NCBI GenBank assembly: GCA_965603825.1
Contig: CBFDEM010000036.1
Location: 868,001 to 932,000 of the forward strand
From: Blepharisma stoltei ATCC 30299
Taxonomy: Eukaryota; Protista; Ciliophora
Direction: 5' to 3'
DNA: 64,000 nucleotides
The stretch's first letter is position 1. Every line of letters starts with the position of its first letter. Both the position numbers and the translations under genes were made by a program. The notes below the pieces were generated by a model. That model saw only the letters and a program-made list of their open reading frames with translations. It was not told the origin of the DNA and ran no database searches. This document shows positions 1 through 12,200 of the stretch, piece by piece.

Positions 1-378
1 AAAAATAAACCAATAAAACATTCATTTGATAGTGAACCGACTGACAGATACGATACCGATTTTCCACACAATTCGACTGTTATAAATCCTTTTTCCGAAA
101 ATAATTCAATAACCCCGAAAAAAGCAGACCAAAGCCCTTACAAAAACATCAGGTATATACACAAGCGAAATTTCTCAAAGTGTGACAATTTTGAGCCTAA
201 AAATGCAACGCCAAATAATTCCCACAAACGGCACTCCAGTACTGGCACGAATGAAAATATGGAGACCCCTCTATTAAAAAGCAATTTAAAGAGACTGTCT
301 ATGTCATTTAGATTGGATAAAGAATCCTTTTCTGCTGAGGTTAAACGATTTTCCAGAGTCTCAAGTAAATTAAAATAA
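1..378 (+). CDS. 3' end of a hypothetical protein (partial, runs off the window start)
   Basis: Frame 1 is open from base 1 (KNKPIKHSFDSEPTD...RFSRVSSKLK) to TAA at 376-378; low-complexity S/P/K-rich tail. Confidence 0.7.
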   Translation, partial: KNKPIKHSFDSEPTDRYDTDFPHNSTVINPFSENNSITPKKADQSPYKNIRYIHKRNFSKCDNFEPKNATPNNSHKRHSSTGTNENMETPLLKSNLKRLSMSFRLDKESFSAEVKRFSRVSSKLK

Positions 379-439
379 TTGGAATTAAAAAGGGATTGAT
401 TAAAGGTATAAAAATTTAAATGGCTTTTAATTTATTTAG

Positions 440-2161
440 TTAGACCATTATAGTTTGACTGTCTTCATCTGTATCCTTGATTTTTGACAGGAGATGCTTA
501 AATTTAGGCCGAAATTCTTTATCCACGCTCAGCATTTTGTCTAAAATTGTTTTCAGCCACAAAAATTCGATATTTTTCAGAATTTTTTCTAATTCTTCTC
601 GTCCTTCAGGGGTTGAAAAAGTTTCTACAGATCTCAAAGTATACATTTGCAGAAAAGTAAGCCCGAGCGAGTAAATATCAGCTTTTGCAGGCTTAAATTT
701 GCCTCTAATCGGCCCTTGTGCGCCACTCAATCTGCCATCCGATAGTAGTTTTCTAAGCTCAGGTGCCATATATCCTTGTGTCCCTTGCACAAAATGCACT
801 CCAGTAGCTAAATAAGTAGTCCCCTCATCGTATTTTTGTGCAATATTGAAATCTGCGATTTTCAATATTCCTTCTCTATTGATAAAAATATTATGTGGTT
901 TTATATCTTGGTGAAGGATCTTTTTCTGCTCAAGAAATGAAAATCCTTCTAACAAAAACACGACTTTATCATATAGTTCTCGTTCAGTGTATTTTTGGTC
1001 TGCTCCTCCCCTATTAGTAATCTCATGCATAAGGGTTTGTGTGCAATATTCCATAGCTATACCAATTACATGCTGGTCATTTACTTTTTCATGGTAACTT
1101 CCATAGTATTCAAGAAAACTAGGATGCTTTCCTGACAGATCTCTAAGGAGCTCGATTTCTTTATTAATATTCGTGAGTCTTTCATTAAATTTGGCTTCAT
1201 CTGAAGATGGGGCTATCGTATAAGTTTTGACTGCAATATCAATTCTGTTAGGCAAATAGCAAATTCCTCTATACACACTGACAATTAAGTTTTCTGTCGG
1301 GGAATGAGAATAAAATGGAGGGTTAATCAATTCTATTTGACTAGACGCTGATATAACCATATCTAAATTTCTTGGGGGCTGAGGAATTGTTTCAGTTTTC
1401 GTTTCTTCTGGCTTCACTCCATATTTCACTTTTCAAAGGTTTATTTTTGCAGACTTGTCTTCATCATTTATCTCAAATCCTAATAAAACATTTAATAACT
1501 CGCTTATCCCATCAGGCTGACCTGCTTCATCTTTTTCTTCAATATAATCATAAGAAAAATCAATTGCAATATTTTTAGCGAAACTCATGTCAAAGCCTTT
1601 ACCTTCAAGTCTTTTTGATATAACCAGCTGCCGTGCAAGCTGAACGGGGTCGTCATTTTTCATTCCTTCCCATACAAATTCAATATATTTGGACTCAGCC
1701 CATTTCAACTCAGTTTCGACATCGGTAAAATTATATTCATTTCTCAGGATATCGATAATAGTCACCCATTCGTCTACATCTTCTACTGTTTTGCAGGCAG
1801 AAATTCCTGATATGATATTAGAAAGCAGAGAGTTGTATGTGCTTTCAGGGTTGAAATCAGGCCTTTCTTTTAAATAATTTATAAGAGGCATGACTTGGCG
1901 AGCTAAATCAGTTGTAAAAGGCTCTGTTTCTAGTGCTGCATTGCAGATGCAGGCTGTCAGGAGGTCATTGGCATTCTTTTGGTGCTGCTCAGGGGTGGAC
2001 TGGTTAATTGTATCTTTTAGTTCTTGAAATTGAGCCAAACTCAAAGTTAGAATTTCATCAAGCAGCTTTTTCAAAGCCCCAGAAGGATTTTCGACCTCTG
2101 CTTTTAGTTTCTGAGCTAAGCCTATATGGATTAGCGAGAGAATTTCATCATGTCTGTCCAT
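440..2161 (-). CDS. Atypical Ser/Thr protein kinase, 573 aa, with a helical N-terminal domain
   Basis: ORFs 1433..2161 and 440..1429 are in frame across one TGA (KINL-W-KVKYG); kinase motifs IAVK, HQDIKPHN, DFN, GTQGYMAPE, ADIYSLG. Confidence 0.85.
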
Positions 2162-2323
2162 TTATTATATCAGCTGAATCTACAATTAAATTAATTGTTT
2201 ACTCAGCGAAATAAGCCTCTTAATTTTCTTTTAGACAAATTTCAATTTTGCACCATCTTGCAGGCGAATTTCCATATAAAAACACAAGTTAATGAGGAGC
2301 TGATTAAAATATTTTTATTTAAA

Positions 2324-3592
2324 ATGAGGAGAATGCTTACTTCTCTTAGAGTTACCTTTGTAACAAAAAGAACAAGCGATAGATTGTCAGTATCTCAGGA
2401 ATTGTTTAATAAATATCGATCTTGTGAGTTGGCATTTGCAGTTTTCGCCAATCTTGGGCTTGTGGCATCTACCATTGACTATGAAGTTTCTTATTCACCA
2501 TATAGAACACACAATAACTGCCTTCAAGATAGCAACTCAATGACTCATAGGATGATCGCAATGTTGACAAGTCTGATGGCTTTAATTTTTGTGTTCCTTA
2601 AACATTTCCAGAAAGAAATCTGGATTAAATACCAACAGGAAACTGAAAAAATTTTGAATAAAACTAGGACACGGCCTTATTTTTCAACATATGCAGTAAA
2701 TGAAAAACAATCCACAAAAATTGTGAGGATTTTTGAAATTATCAGTCTTTGCTTATTTCCATATCCTTATATAGACGCAGACATCCCCATACCTATGAGA
2801 TGGGAATTTCGCGACCTGCACGGGTGTTACAAGCTGAGTGAAATAATGTACGCTTTTATGTTCGTCAGAATTTTTTACCTATTTAAAGCACTGTCCAACT
2901 ATACTATATACAGAGACCATTTAGCAAGAAGATATTGCACATTTTATAGAACCCGTGCAAATTCAAGGTTTTCTTTTAAATGTGTCATTGCGCGATATCC
3001 TCTCAGCGTAATTATAATCTGTATGACGATTCCAGCACTTGTTATCCTGGGACTTATTCTCAGGATTTTTGAAAGGCCAAATGATGATCTCACAGGCCAA
3101 GACTACGAAGACCCAACAAATGCGATTTGGGTCTGTGCCACTTTTTTGACGCTAGAAGGGTTCACTAATTTTGATCCTGCTTCTATACCTGCAGAATGTG
3201 TTATTATGATCTGCTTTGCGGTTGGAACAATAATTTATACCCTAACTCTACTTACTCTGTGGAGTAACATTAATTTAAATGATAAGCAGGAAAAAGTCTT
3301 TGTAAATATTCACAAAACACATGCAGCAGCAATGCTTATTAGTGCAGGGTTTAGCTATTACAAATTAAAGGGGAAGTATGGAGAACATAGCTTGGCTGCT
3401 GTAAAAGCAAGGGAAAAGCTGGATAAATGCGTGGTGATGTTTAAGAAAAATAAATCAGAAATTCAAGAAATGGGGGAAAATAAGAATAATACGCTGGGGG
3501 ATTTGACAGTGGCTGTGCAAGGGATTGAAAAAAAGCTGAATAGGCTTGTAGAGATCATCAATCAGCTTAGTATAAAATATGAAAATAATTAA
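2324..3592 (+). CDS. SK/KCNN-like six-TM cation channel homolog with a degenerate pore signature
   Basis: Hydrophobic segments, SK-like motifs (YAFMFVRIFY, ILRIFERP, NAIWV), pore region TFLTLEGFTNFDP, C-terminal coiled coil; first ATG after the AT-rich leader is at 2324. Confidence 0.7.
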   Translation: MRRMLTSLRVTFVTKRTSDRLSVSQELFNKYRSCELAFAVFANLGLVASTIDYEVSYSPYRTHNNCLQDSNSMTHRMIAMLTSLMALIFVFLKHFQKEIWIKYQQETEKILNKTRTRPYFSTYAVNEKQSTKIVRIFEIISLCLFPYPYIDADIPIPMRWEFRDLHGCYKLSEIMYAFMFVRIFYLFKALSNYTIYRDHLARRYCTFYRTRANSRFSFKCVIARYPLSVIIICMTIPALVILGLILRIFERPNDDLTGQDYEDPTNAIWVCATFLTLEGFTNFDPASIPAECVIMICFAVGTIIYTLTLLTLWSNINLNDKQEKVFVNIHKTHAAAMLISAGFSYYKLKGKYGEHSLAAVKAREKLDKCVVMFKKNKSEIQEMGENKNNTLGDLTVAVQGIEKKLNRLVEIINQLSIKYENN

Positions 3593-3629
3593 ATATAGAG
3601 ATTTAATTGAATTTATTAAAGATTAGACT

Positions 3630-4379
3630 TTATAGGAATCCATGAGGAGGAAACCCACCAGGTGGGCGCATATGATCAGGGTATTCGGGGTCTGGGAAAG
3701 GATTGACTGGATCCCATCGTACTCCAGGTCTTGGTTGTTGTCCAAAAATAGGATGATTAGGCCCCATTACATTTCCAGATGGATCAGGGAATATCAAAGG
3801 TACTCCAGGTCCATATGGGTTGCCTGACTGCGGCAGGTATCCAGGAAATGGGTTATAGGGATTACTAAAGGGTATTCCTCCATAAGGCACTCCATAAGGC
3901 TTTGGTCCTCTATAATCCCTCAAGTCAACTTTCTTTTCTTCTTTCTTCTCCTCATTTATTTTATTCAAAATTTCTCTGTTATACACCGGTATTATTTCAT
4001 TAATAATCACCTCAGTGATTTCTTTCCCTTCTTCACATTTTTTATTAATTTCTTCCATCTCGATATTAAAAGATCTGATTTTATCGTCTTGGTCACTGCG
4101 GACGGCATGCACAGTTAGCCTTGTCTCAGCAAGCTTTACGAATTTTACATATAAGTTTATGTTTGGCTTGAGGATATATCTGAAAGAGTAAATATGAGTA
4201 TTTGTATTCCATAATGGAGGAAGAATTTCTTGTGAGACAGGGTCATCTTCTAGTAAACCTGTGCATTGGAAGCCTTTAGAAATGTTGTATAAATGGATAC
4301 CAAGGATGATGCTCTCGGATCGGTCTTTGGCATTTGATGATAAGTTCTGATAGAGATCTTGGAATATGCTTTGCCACAT
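3630..4379 (-). CDS. PSMF1: Proteasome inhibitor PI31-like protein
   Basis: FP-domain motifs (GFQCTG, LPPLWN, YSFRY) and a Pro/Gly-rich tail with MGPNHPIFG, PGVRWDPVNP, PDHMRPP. Confidence 0.85.
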   Translation of the reverse strand: MWQSIFQDLYQNLSSNAKDRSESIILGIHLYNISKGFQCTGLLEDDPVSQEILPPLWNTNTHIYSFRYILKPNINLYVKFVKLAETRLTVHAVRSDQDDKIRSFNIEMEEINKKCEEGKEITEVIINEIIPVYNREILNKINEEKKEEKKVDLRDYRGPKPYGVPYGGIPFSNPYNPFPGYLPQSGNPYGPGVPLIFPDPSGNVMGPNHPIFGQQPRPGVRWDPVNPFPDPEYPDHMRPPGGFPPHGFL

Positions 4380-4430
4380 TTATTAGTATAGGATTTATGA
4401 ATATTGATTTAATTTAAATAGTCTATTATG

Positions 4431-7400
4431 TTAATCATAATATTTACCTTTTGTGTCATATCTGCTTGGGTAAGGTTCTATAAGTTTTTGCTCTTCATAT
4501 TGAATATTTCCAGTTCTCATTTCAATTGAGCCATCTCTAGGTGTTTTTTCTATTTTTCTCATTTTGTTGATTAAGCATAAAACAACAACGCTAATTATAA
4601 AATAAACCACAAGGTAAACATAGTTCCATCAGCTACTTTTATTTTCATGTTTTTCTTCACTTTGTTTTATTTTCCTAACACATTTATCATTTTCTTTTAT
4701 ATAACCATTAGCTATGCATTCACCCTGTGCAATTCCTGATCCAGTATCATTTTTATCTCTATTTGAAATAACCACCCCATTTTCATTATTTTTAACCTCT
4801 GCACACTCACCAGATTTATTTTTAAAATACCCTTCAGCGCATAATTCGCATTTTTCCCCAAAATACCCTAAATTGCACACACAAGTACCATCAATAACTT
4901 TTCCATTATTTCCACATTCAATTTCTTCTTTTTCATATTGGAAAAATGGAAGCTCACAATCAAGAGCAAAACTTCTGCCCTCAACGTCAAATAAAATCCC
5001 TCCATTTTGCTTAATTGCATTATACCCATCAGTAAATTTTTCTGTTTCAAATTTTAGTTCCCATTTAGTCAATCCTTTATTTATTGGGCGTGCTGAAATT
5101 GCTTTTATAGTGTCTCCATTGAGCATATTTATAATAATAAATGCATTTATCATGTCCTCCTGGTGTTTTTGTTCTGTAATGCTTTTCAGGTTATTGTTGT
5201 ATGGAGCTGAAGTAAGAGAGACAGACAAAGTGATGTATTTTTTATTGTTAAATGGTTCTGGGTCTTCAAATTTTACGCTTTTTATTGAAGGAGAATCTTT
5301 AATGTTTTGCTGGACACATTCATTTTCAATCATGTAAAATCCTTCAACACAGGAAAAGCAGTCATTGCCTGTATATGGAGAAGAACATAGGCAAGAAAAA
5401 GTCTCACTGCAAATAGCATTGGACTTTGGATTACAAAGACATCCCATAGTGCAATATTTATGCTCAAGTCCATCTGATAATAAAGCTGAAGATATTGCTG
5501 CTTCATCAATTTTTAAGAAATAGCAGGTTTTTGGCTTTAACTTAGAGCTGCTAAAGGTAAGTTTTAGCTTATTCAGATAACTAGTACTTACTCCCATAGA
5601 GTCTGCTACAACTTTTTCATCAGTTTCACTTAATAAGTACACTGATTTTTTCAGCCCAGGAAGAGTTTTATCTATTGGGTCTTGAAATATCATCATAAGC
5701 ACTAAATCTTCATTTAAATTATGAACATCATTTTTATCAGGATCCACCATAGAAAGACTATTTCCAGCCACTTTGTTTTCAATAGGCAAATATTCAATAA
5801 AAAATGCAAAAGGCAAACATATTTTTGTTTCATCATATCTTTGTACCAAAAAATTAGTCCCAAGTCCTTGCTTGATTCTAATAGTATATAGCCCTGGATC
5901 TATTTCTTCATTAGAAATAATACTTGAAAAATTGATAATTTCGTCCATTTGTTCATCAGTAATTATTTCCCAGCTACTTTTCGCAATAACTTTTTTTTCT
6001 TTCAAAATCTGAAAATTCATATCATTTGTTAAGAAATTGTAATTTGTCTCAATAGAAACAGTGGCTTTTCTTTTGATATTCATTTTTATTTCATAAACCC
6101 AATTTGAGCCTTTTTCTCCATTAGAGACTATTCCTGGAGGAAAATTTTGTTTTTCTCCAATAATCCATGAGTCTTGTACAGAAAACATGTCTGAGCCATA
6201 TATTTCTTTTTCGTCACCAAAATTAATTTGTGGCTTAGGAAGCAGCGAATTGGGATTATCATTGTTTGTCATGCACTCCAAAATATTTTTTACTTTTACT
6301 ACAGTTTCTATTGCAATTTTTAAGTCAAAAGTCAAACAAGGCTCAGCTTTATCTATAATATAAGTTAAAACTAAAAAATAAGGTGAAGCTTGGCCACTCA
6401 ATGCTACAATTAAGCTACCAGTTGCCAGGCGGTTTTTTGAATAAACAACAGGCTCAGCTAGATTTTTTTCTTTGTAAATAGCACTTTCAATAAACATTCC
6501 AGAATTATGAGAAATTGTGACTATTCTTCCAATGACTGACTGTGGTATAAAAAGTTTGATAGTTTCTGTCCTGATTTTAGGGTTTACTAAAAATGTTCCA
6601 TAAAAAGAAACAGAACCATCTCCAAGCTGTGGGCCTCCAAATTTTTTAGACCGAGAAGAAAGCAATGAGCTCGGCAAACTATCTCCAAGACAAACTGAGT
6701 CCAATAAAGTTTCTGTAGACTGAATTGACAATTGTAATGGCCAGCATAAAGAAAGTTCAATATTTTTCGACAAAATTATCCTCAAAACGTACTTTCCTTT
6801 CGTAAGTTTCGCAAAAATTTCACTATAATTTTCAATCCCTATCGATTTTGCAATACTATTTTTTTCATCTAAAATTTCCATTGATAAATAACCAGTCACT
6901 GAATTTTCATATGCAATACTTGCTGTTATTTCTGTATCTTTATTTAAACCCATAAAAATGCTATGATCTATGATATCCTTCATCATATATCTATCAAAAA
7001 TCCCTAGCAATCCATCAAAAGAAGATGGTAAAGGAGGTAAAAAATCACAAGAAATTTTATTTGTCAAGGTATAATATTGATTTATTGTAATAATCTGCAA
7101 GTCCATTTCATATGATGGGCAGCTTTTCTTTAAAGATAAACTTGAGTCTCCAGTGTAGCTGATTTCAAGCATATATGGCCCTGGAATAATCCTTGTATGC
7201 AAGCCCTGTGAAGGGTCTGAAATTGTAGCGTTTATTAAACTGTCAGGATTTTCAGTATTCATAAGTCGAATTTCAAAAATAATATCATCTTGTGGAACAA
7301 TAAATACCCTTATTATTGAGTCTTCTGAAATGATAAACCTAAAAATAGTCAAGCTCGCAAAAACGTCCATTTCTAATGTTTTATGCCAATGCAGATTTCC

Positions 7401-10292
7401 TGATTCTAGTTGTCCAACTAAATTTAAGCTTGATGGCTGATCAATTTGTGGGCAAGTCTCTGTTTTTCTTATCATAGAGCTTATGTCGTCTCATAGAGAA
7501 ACATCTTCAATTAACACACTTGTACTAAAAGACACCTGATTTTTGCTTTCTGAAGGCAATAATTCTTTATATACCAAAGTATAATTCCCTTTAGACAGCG
7601 GAAATGATGGGATTCTAAACAAATGAGAAGCTTCATACGACCCCCACTGTATGATTTCTCCATCTTTTTCTATTTGTAGTACAATCCCTGCTTGTATAAA
7701 CGATGCCTGCAAGCTTGCAGTTATCATAGCAGCATCATAAGATATCGAAAACGGGACTTCTAACAGAAATGGCTCATTTTTTTGCTGATAGCAAAACTTT
7801 TCTTCTTCAATCAGACTGGAGTAGCCTTCATCATTGCTGAATTTAAAAATGTCTCCACTATCAAGTAGCCTTTCTTGAATAACAGCAGAATTAGGCAGTT
7901 TTTCCTCACAGCTATAAAAACTGTTTTTATGGTTTAAGGCTATTTCGATTAATAAAGAATATGTATGGCAAATTCTGGTTTCGGTAGGATGATAAGTAAG
8001 CTCTAAAATATAAAATTTGTCAGGCTCAAGAAGGTGGGTTATAGAGTAAAATGGAGGAGTTCGCTCTGAATTGCTTTTGTCAAAAGTAATGGTTTTACCG
8101 TCTTGTTTGAGAGATAGTTCCATTGCGGATTGGTCGGTTTCTGCGAGTACTCTGAGGATACTGTCTGATTCGACTGCAAAGGATATTTCTTGTTTAGAAG
8201 GTTTTGATGGAGACTGAGCTTTGATATTTTTAGAAAAATAGCGGATTGTAGGTAAAAAATTTGCTGGAGTGCCTGCAACTCCGAGTTTGTCCATTGTATT
8301 TAATGAAGAAACTATATAATCTATTCCCTCTTCGTCACAAGGAGAATTTTTTATTTTTGAGTCGCTTGTTCCTACTATTATAATTCTTATTTGAAATGCA
8401 GCACATGATGGAATAACCTTAAATTGATCAATATTGCTAGCAGTTTCATAATCCCCAGTGTCAGGTGAGTATTTTTTTGCGGTAGGGCCTGTTTTAATTA
8501 TAAAATTATAGTCCCCAGCAGTTAGCTTACCTTTAAAAGACCTCCTTTCGTCTTTATCCAGTTTAATTGTTTCTGGATCATGCACATCTGGTTTTTTCTT
8601 TTCTATGGCAATAGTTAAATCATTTATTACAAAGTCAGAATAAATATCAATATAAGCCAATGCGTCAATTTTTAGGCTGAAATCTGTCCTAAACACTTCT
8701 TCTTCGCCGATATTTATTGAGTTTATGGGCACTTTATAATAATTTTCTTTACCAGTATCAATCTGGACCTTTGTATCTACTGAATTTAATGACTCCGAGA
8801 GCTTTTCAAATGCATCTTTAAGACTTGCCGTATTTGCATTACATTTGCTTCTTTCCAATCCTAAATGATAAGCTAGCAAATCTGTCGCAGACTCTGGGCT
8901 GATTCCAATTTCTAATAAAAAAGTTTCACAAAAAATATGTTCTCCAGTCATCATGCTACTTAAAAATGTATATTCAATATAATATTTCCCTTCTTCTAAT
9001 TCAGCCAAAATTCCTTCATCTCTCCCAACAGCATCACTTGACTCTATAAGAATTCCTTCAGAATTATATAAAGATACATCAATATCAATCCCAGATGGCT
9101 CCACAATTACAAGCCTAAAAATCGAGGACTCAAAAATTTCAAATTCTGTGATTTGTTTTTTCACACTCAAATCAGCAATTACTAAATCTGAAAATCTTAA
9201 AAATCCTCGGAAATCTAATAACCCTGGGCTGTTTAAGCTGTGCGGGATATGTGAAGCTTCACAGTTAAACCTGTCTTCTTTATCAAAAATTGGCTCTACA
9301 TTCATGTGCATTGAATAGGGAATTTTCCCTCCAATTGTATCTAGCATCTCTTTTTCTTCGTTGATCATTGATTTGTAGAAGAGAGAAATTGAGAATTCGC
9401 CTGAATTAAATATTGAATAAATAGAGACTGAATTTTTTTCTGATCTTTTTCCGAAAACACAGGAGCCTGTAGAAATGCAAGGCAGTTTTGAAAATTTTGA
9501 TAGTGGTTTTTTGGTCTTTGCAAAATAAATTCCTAAGCCTCCACCAGTTAAGAAATCAGAATCTATTTATGGGTTACGGATAGTAAAAGTTAGCTTTCAC
9601 AAGCCAGTTAAGCCAATGTTTGTAAGCTCCTCAGTTGGCTCAGGCAAGATAAAATCATATGTTTTTAATGTAGAATCGCCTTGCAAAACAGCTGAAGAGT
9701 CAATAAAATAAGTGCTCTGTGTATTTTTATAAGGTAAAAAATCAGTAATTGAATTTTTAACATCTGCAAGCTCAGGATATCCATTTTGATACTCATCTAA
9801 GGATGAAGGAATTAGCTGATCAAGTTTTGAATATGGGTGAACTGCTAAATTTAAAAATAAATTCTGGCTTTTGCAGTCTTCTAAATTCTTTTTATCACGA
9901 AATTTCCACTGCATTGTGACTTCAAAAGACAAATGATAGTTTCCAGGAATTAATTTTCTTGAAATCATTGCAGATTCATCTTTTACAGCTTCGCTGAAGT
10001 CAAAAAGGGTCTCTTCTTTTATTAATTTGATATGGATATTGTGAAGCTTTGGTTCTATAGAAATTCTGATTATTAATTACCTGAATCATGAGTCTTCTTG
10101 TGTAATAAATTCCCATTCAAGTACTTTTTGGGGAATAAGAAATCTTCCAGATATTTCTAAATGATGAGTGATATCAAAAGAAGATGATAAATAGTTGAGA
10201 TTTGAAGGCAAATCAGGTAGATCACATGCATAGATAGAATGGAACAAAATAATAAGCAATGGAATCATTTTTATTAGTTTTAAATTCTTCAT
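4431..10292 (-). CDS. Giant type-I membrane protein of about 1940 aa: signal peptide, repeated beta-rich modules, EGF/laminin-EGF-like repeats, one TM
   Basis: Four track ORFs join via TGA=Trp (10086, 9597, 7491, 4629) and two 15-nt introns (10066-10080, 9563-9577); TM WWNYVYLVVYFIISVVVLCLI lies after the 4629 TGA; TAA at 4431; start 10292 or 10268. Confidence 0.85.
9563..9577 (-). other. 15-nt spliceosomal intron GTAACCCATAAATAG
   Basis: GT..AG, T9-A10; contains an in-frame TAA; removal gives TIHSDFLTG. Confidence 0.85.
10066..10080 (-). other. 15-nt spliceosomal intron GTAATTAATAATCAG
   Basis: GT..AG, T9-A10; in-frame TAA; removal gives DSWFRISIEP, matching the repeat motif DSIIRVFIVP elsewhere in the protein. 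Confidence 0.85.
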
Positions 10293-10455
10293 ATTAGTAA
10301 ATACAATATATCGGAATTAATAATATTTAATATAAGAATATTTAATTACCAAAATATAGGAAATTAATAAAACCGAGCCAATAGTTCAATCTTTTTACTA
10401 ATTTTTTACAAATTAATTGGCTACTTCTATAGTGAAGTAGCTCTTATAATTTTAA

Positions 10456-11748
10456 CTAAAACAATTTGCAATTTGTTTGTTCGCAAGCTGATTTTGCACT
10501 GGGTTCTTCACTCGCGATTTTATGATTATCCAAATTATCAATATCTTCAGTGCGAGATTTGGGTATTGATAAAAATTGCTGCACCTTCATAGCACTCCCT
10601 ATTTTTTTTAGTAAAATATCTCTATTTTTAAACTCAGGCATTTCTTTAATCTCAAGCGTCTTAGAAAAATCATAATCACTTGTCTGAATAAAACTTTGAA
10701 TTTGTTTTAAACACGACTTTGATACAATTATACTGTCTGCAGCTAAGCCATTTGTCTTTTTCCTGCTGCGTTTCAATTTATGACTCATGCTTCTCTTATT
10801 TTTTCTTATCTTGTTTTTAAGGCCACTTTTTGAATTAGTGCTGAGATGTGTCATCTTGTGTCTTTCAAAGTTGTTTTCTGTAGAAATTGACCAATTAAGG
10901 GTATGGCCATTAATGTTTTCTCTTCTTTTTGCCGCTTGGAAAAGAGAATTCATATATTCATAATTTGGCTTCTCTTCAAACTGTAGGCTCTTTACATAAA
11001 TCATTATTTGCAAAAACTCACTAGGAGCTTCTTTAAATAAATCAATTGGCGAAGAGGTCATTTTCTTGACTAAAATTTTGGTTTCTGTGGTTTTTATTTT
11101 AATTTTTGGCATCCATGGTAATTCTCCACTGCAAAAATAAGCTAAAATATAGCAGAAAGATTCTAAGTCATCTCTTCGGCTCTGTTCAATTCCTTGATGA
11201 GTATTTAGAGAAGCAAAATAAGCAGTCCCTACAAATGGTCTATTTTCCATATAGGGAATATGAGCATTCGATTTTTCAATGATATAGGATTTTGTCAAGC
11301 CATAATCAATTAAATAAATTGTGGACGGGTCTTCTGCGGGACCTAATAAAAATTGTCTAGGTTTTATATCACGATGAATATATTGCTTGCTGTGGAGATA
11401 TTGCAGGCGGCTTAGGATCTGTTCACCTAGGTCAAGAATGACAGCTACTGCAAATTTTTTGTCATTTTCCAGAAATTTGTCTTCTAAACTTGGCCCGAGC
11501 AGTTCAATTGCTAAATAGTTCCTATCCCCACTCTGTCCAGATGTTATAAACTTAGGGATCCCTACTCCTCCTTGAATATTTTTAAGGACTGTAGCCTCGT
11601 TTATTAGCTGGCATGAGGTGTCATTTGATGATTCTATTTTAAGGGCAACATGAACACTTGTCTCTTGGTCAAGAGCTAAAAATACTTGGCCAAAATTTCC
11701 TTCCCCAATAAGAGATTTCTTTAAAAATCTGGTAACAGATTTTGACAT
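10456..11748 (-). CDS. Casein kinase 1 family kinase
   Basis: IGEGNFG, VALKIE, ELLGPSLED, HRDIKP, IDYGL, GTAYFAS, EQSRRDDLES; start 11748 or 11760. Confidence 0.9.
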   Translation of the reverse strand: MSKSVTRFLKKSLIGEGNFGQVFLALDQETSVHVALKIESSNDTSCQLINEATVLKNIQGGVGIPKFITSGQSGDRNYLAIELLGPSLEDKFLENDKKFAVAVILDLGEQILSRLQYLHSKQYIHRDIKPRQFLLGPAEDPSTIYLIDYGLTKSYIIEKSNAHIPYMENRPFVGTAYFASLNTHQGIEQSRRDDLESFCYILAYFCSGELPWMPKIKIKTTETKILVKKMTSSPIDLFKEAPSEFLQIMIYVKSLQFEEKPNYEYMNSLFQAAKRRENINGHTLNWSISTENNFERHKMTHLSTNSKSGLKNKIRKNKRSMSHKLKRSRKKTNGLAADSIIVSKSCLKQIQSFIQTSDYDFSKTLEIKEMPEFKNRDILLKKIGSAMKVQQFLSIPKSRTEDIDNLDNHKIASEEPSAKSACEQTNCKLF

Positions 11749-12200
11749 TATTATAATCATTTCCACATCTTTGGCGATTTGCCATTAATTATGAAACTCA
11801 TATATGAGCTATTTTATTAAGAAAATCAGCTCAAATAGAGACTAATAATGGAAATTTTAAAGATAAATTAAAATTAAACAAAAAATAGTGAACAATTTTT
11901 GTCATTTTTATTTGGCTAAAAATCCATATTTGGATTTTTTTTGAAAGTTTGCGATTAAACAAGTTTTTTGCTGCAAAGATTGCTCAATTTTTAGTAAAAA
12001 ATAGCTATAAATATTCTTTCCAAAGTGTCAGCATATTGATACATGCTTTTAATACCTTAAATTAAAATGCTATTTACTAATATATATTGATAATTCCACT
12101 TAAATTTCAATTATAGTAGATTATTTACTATTAAAACTTATTGTCAATAATCTTGAAACCTCCAAAAAACCAAAAATTCAGTTTAAATGAGTATTCTTAT

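Noticed and set aside
4714-5337. Antisense and alternate-frame ORFs in the track (e.g. 4714..5337, 30038..30424, 32620..32949, 51837..52175, 37801..37998, 38199..38396)
   Set aside because: Shadows of real genes on the other strand or frame, with no recognisable motifs
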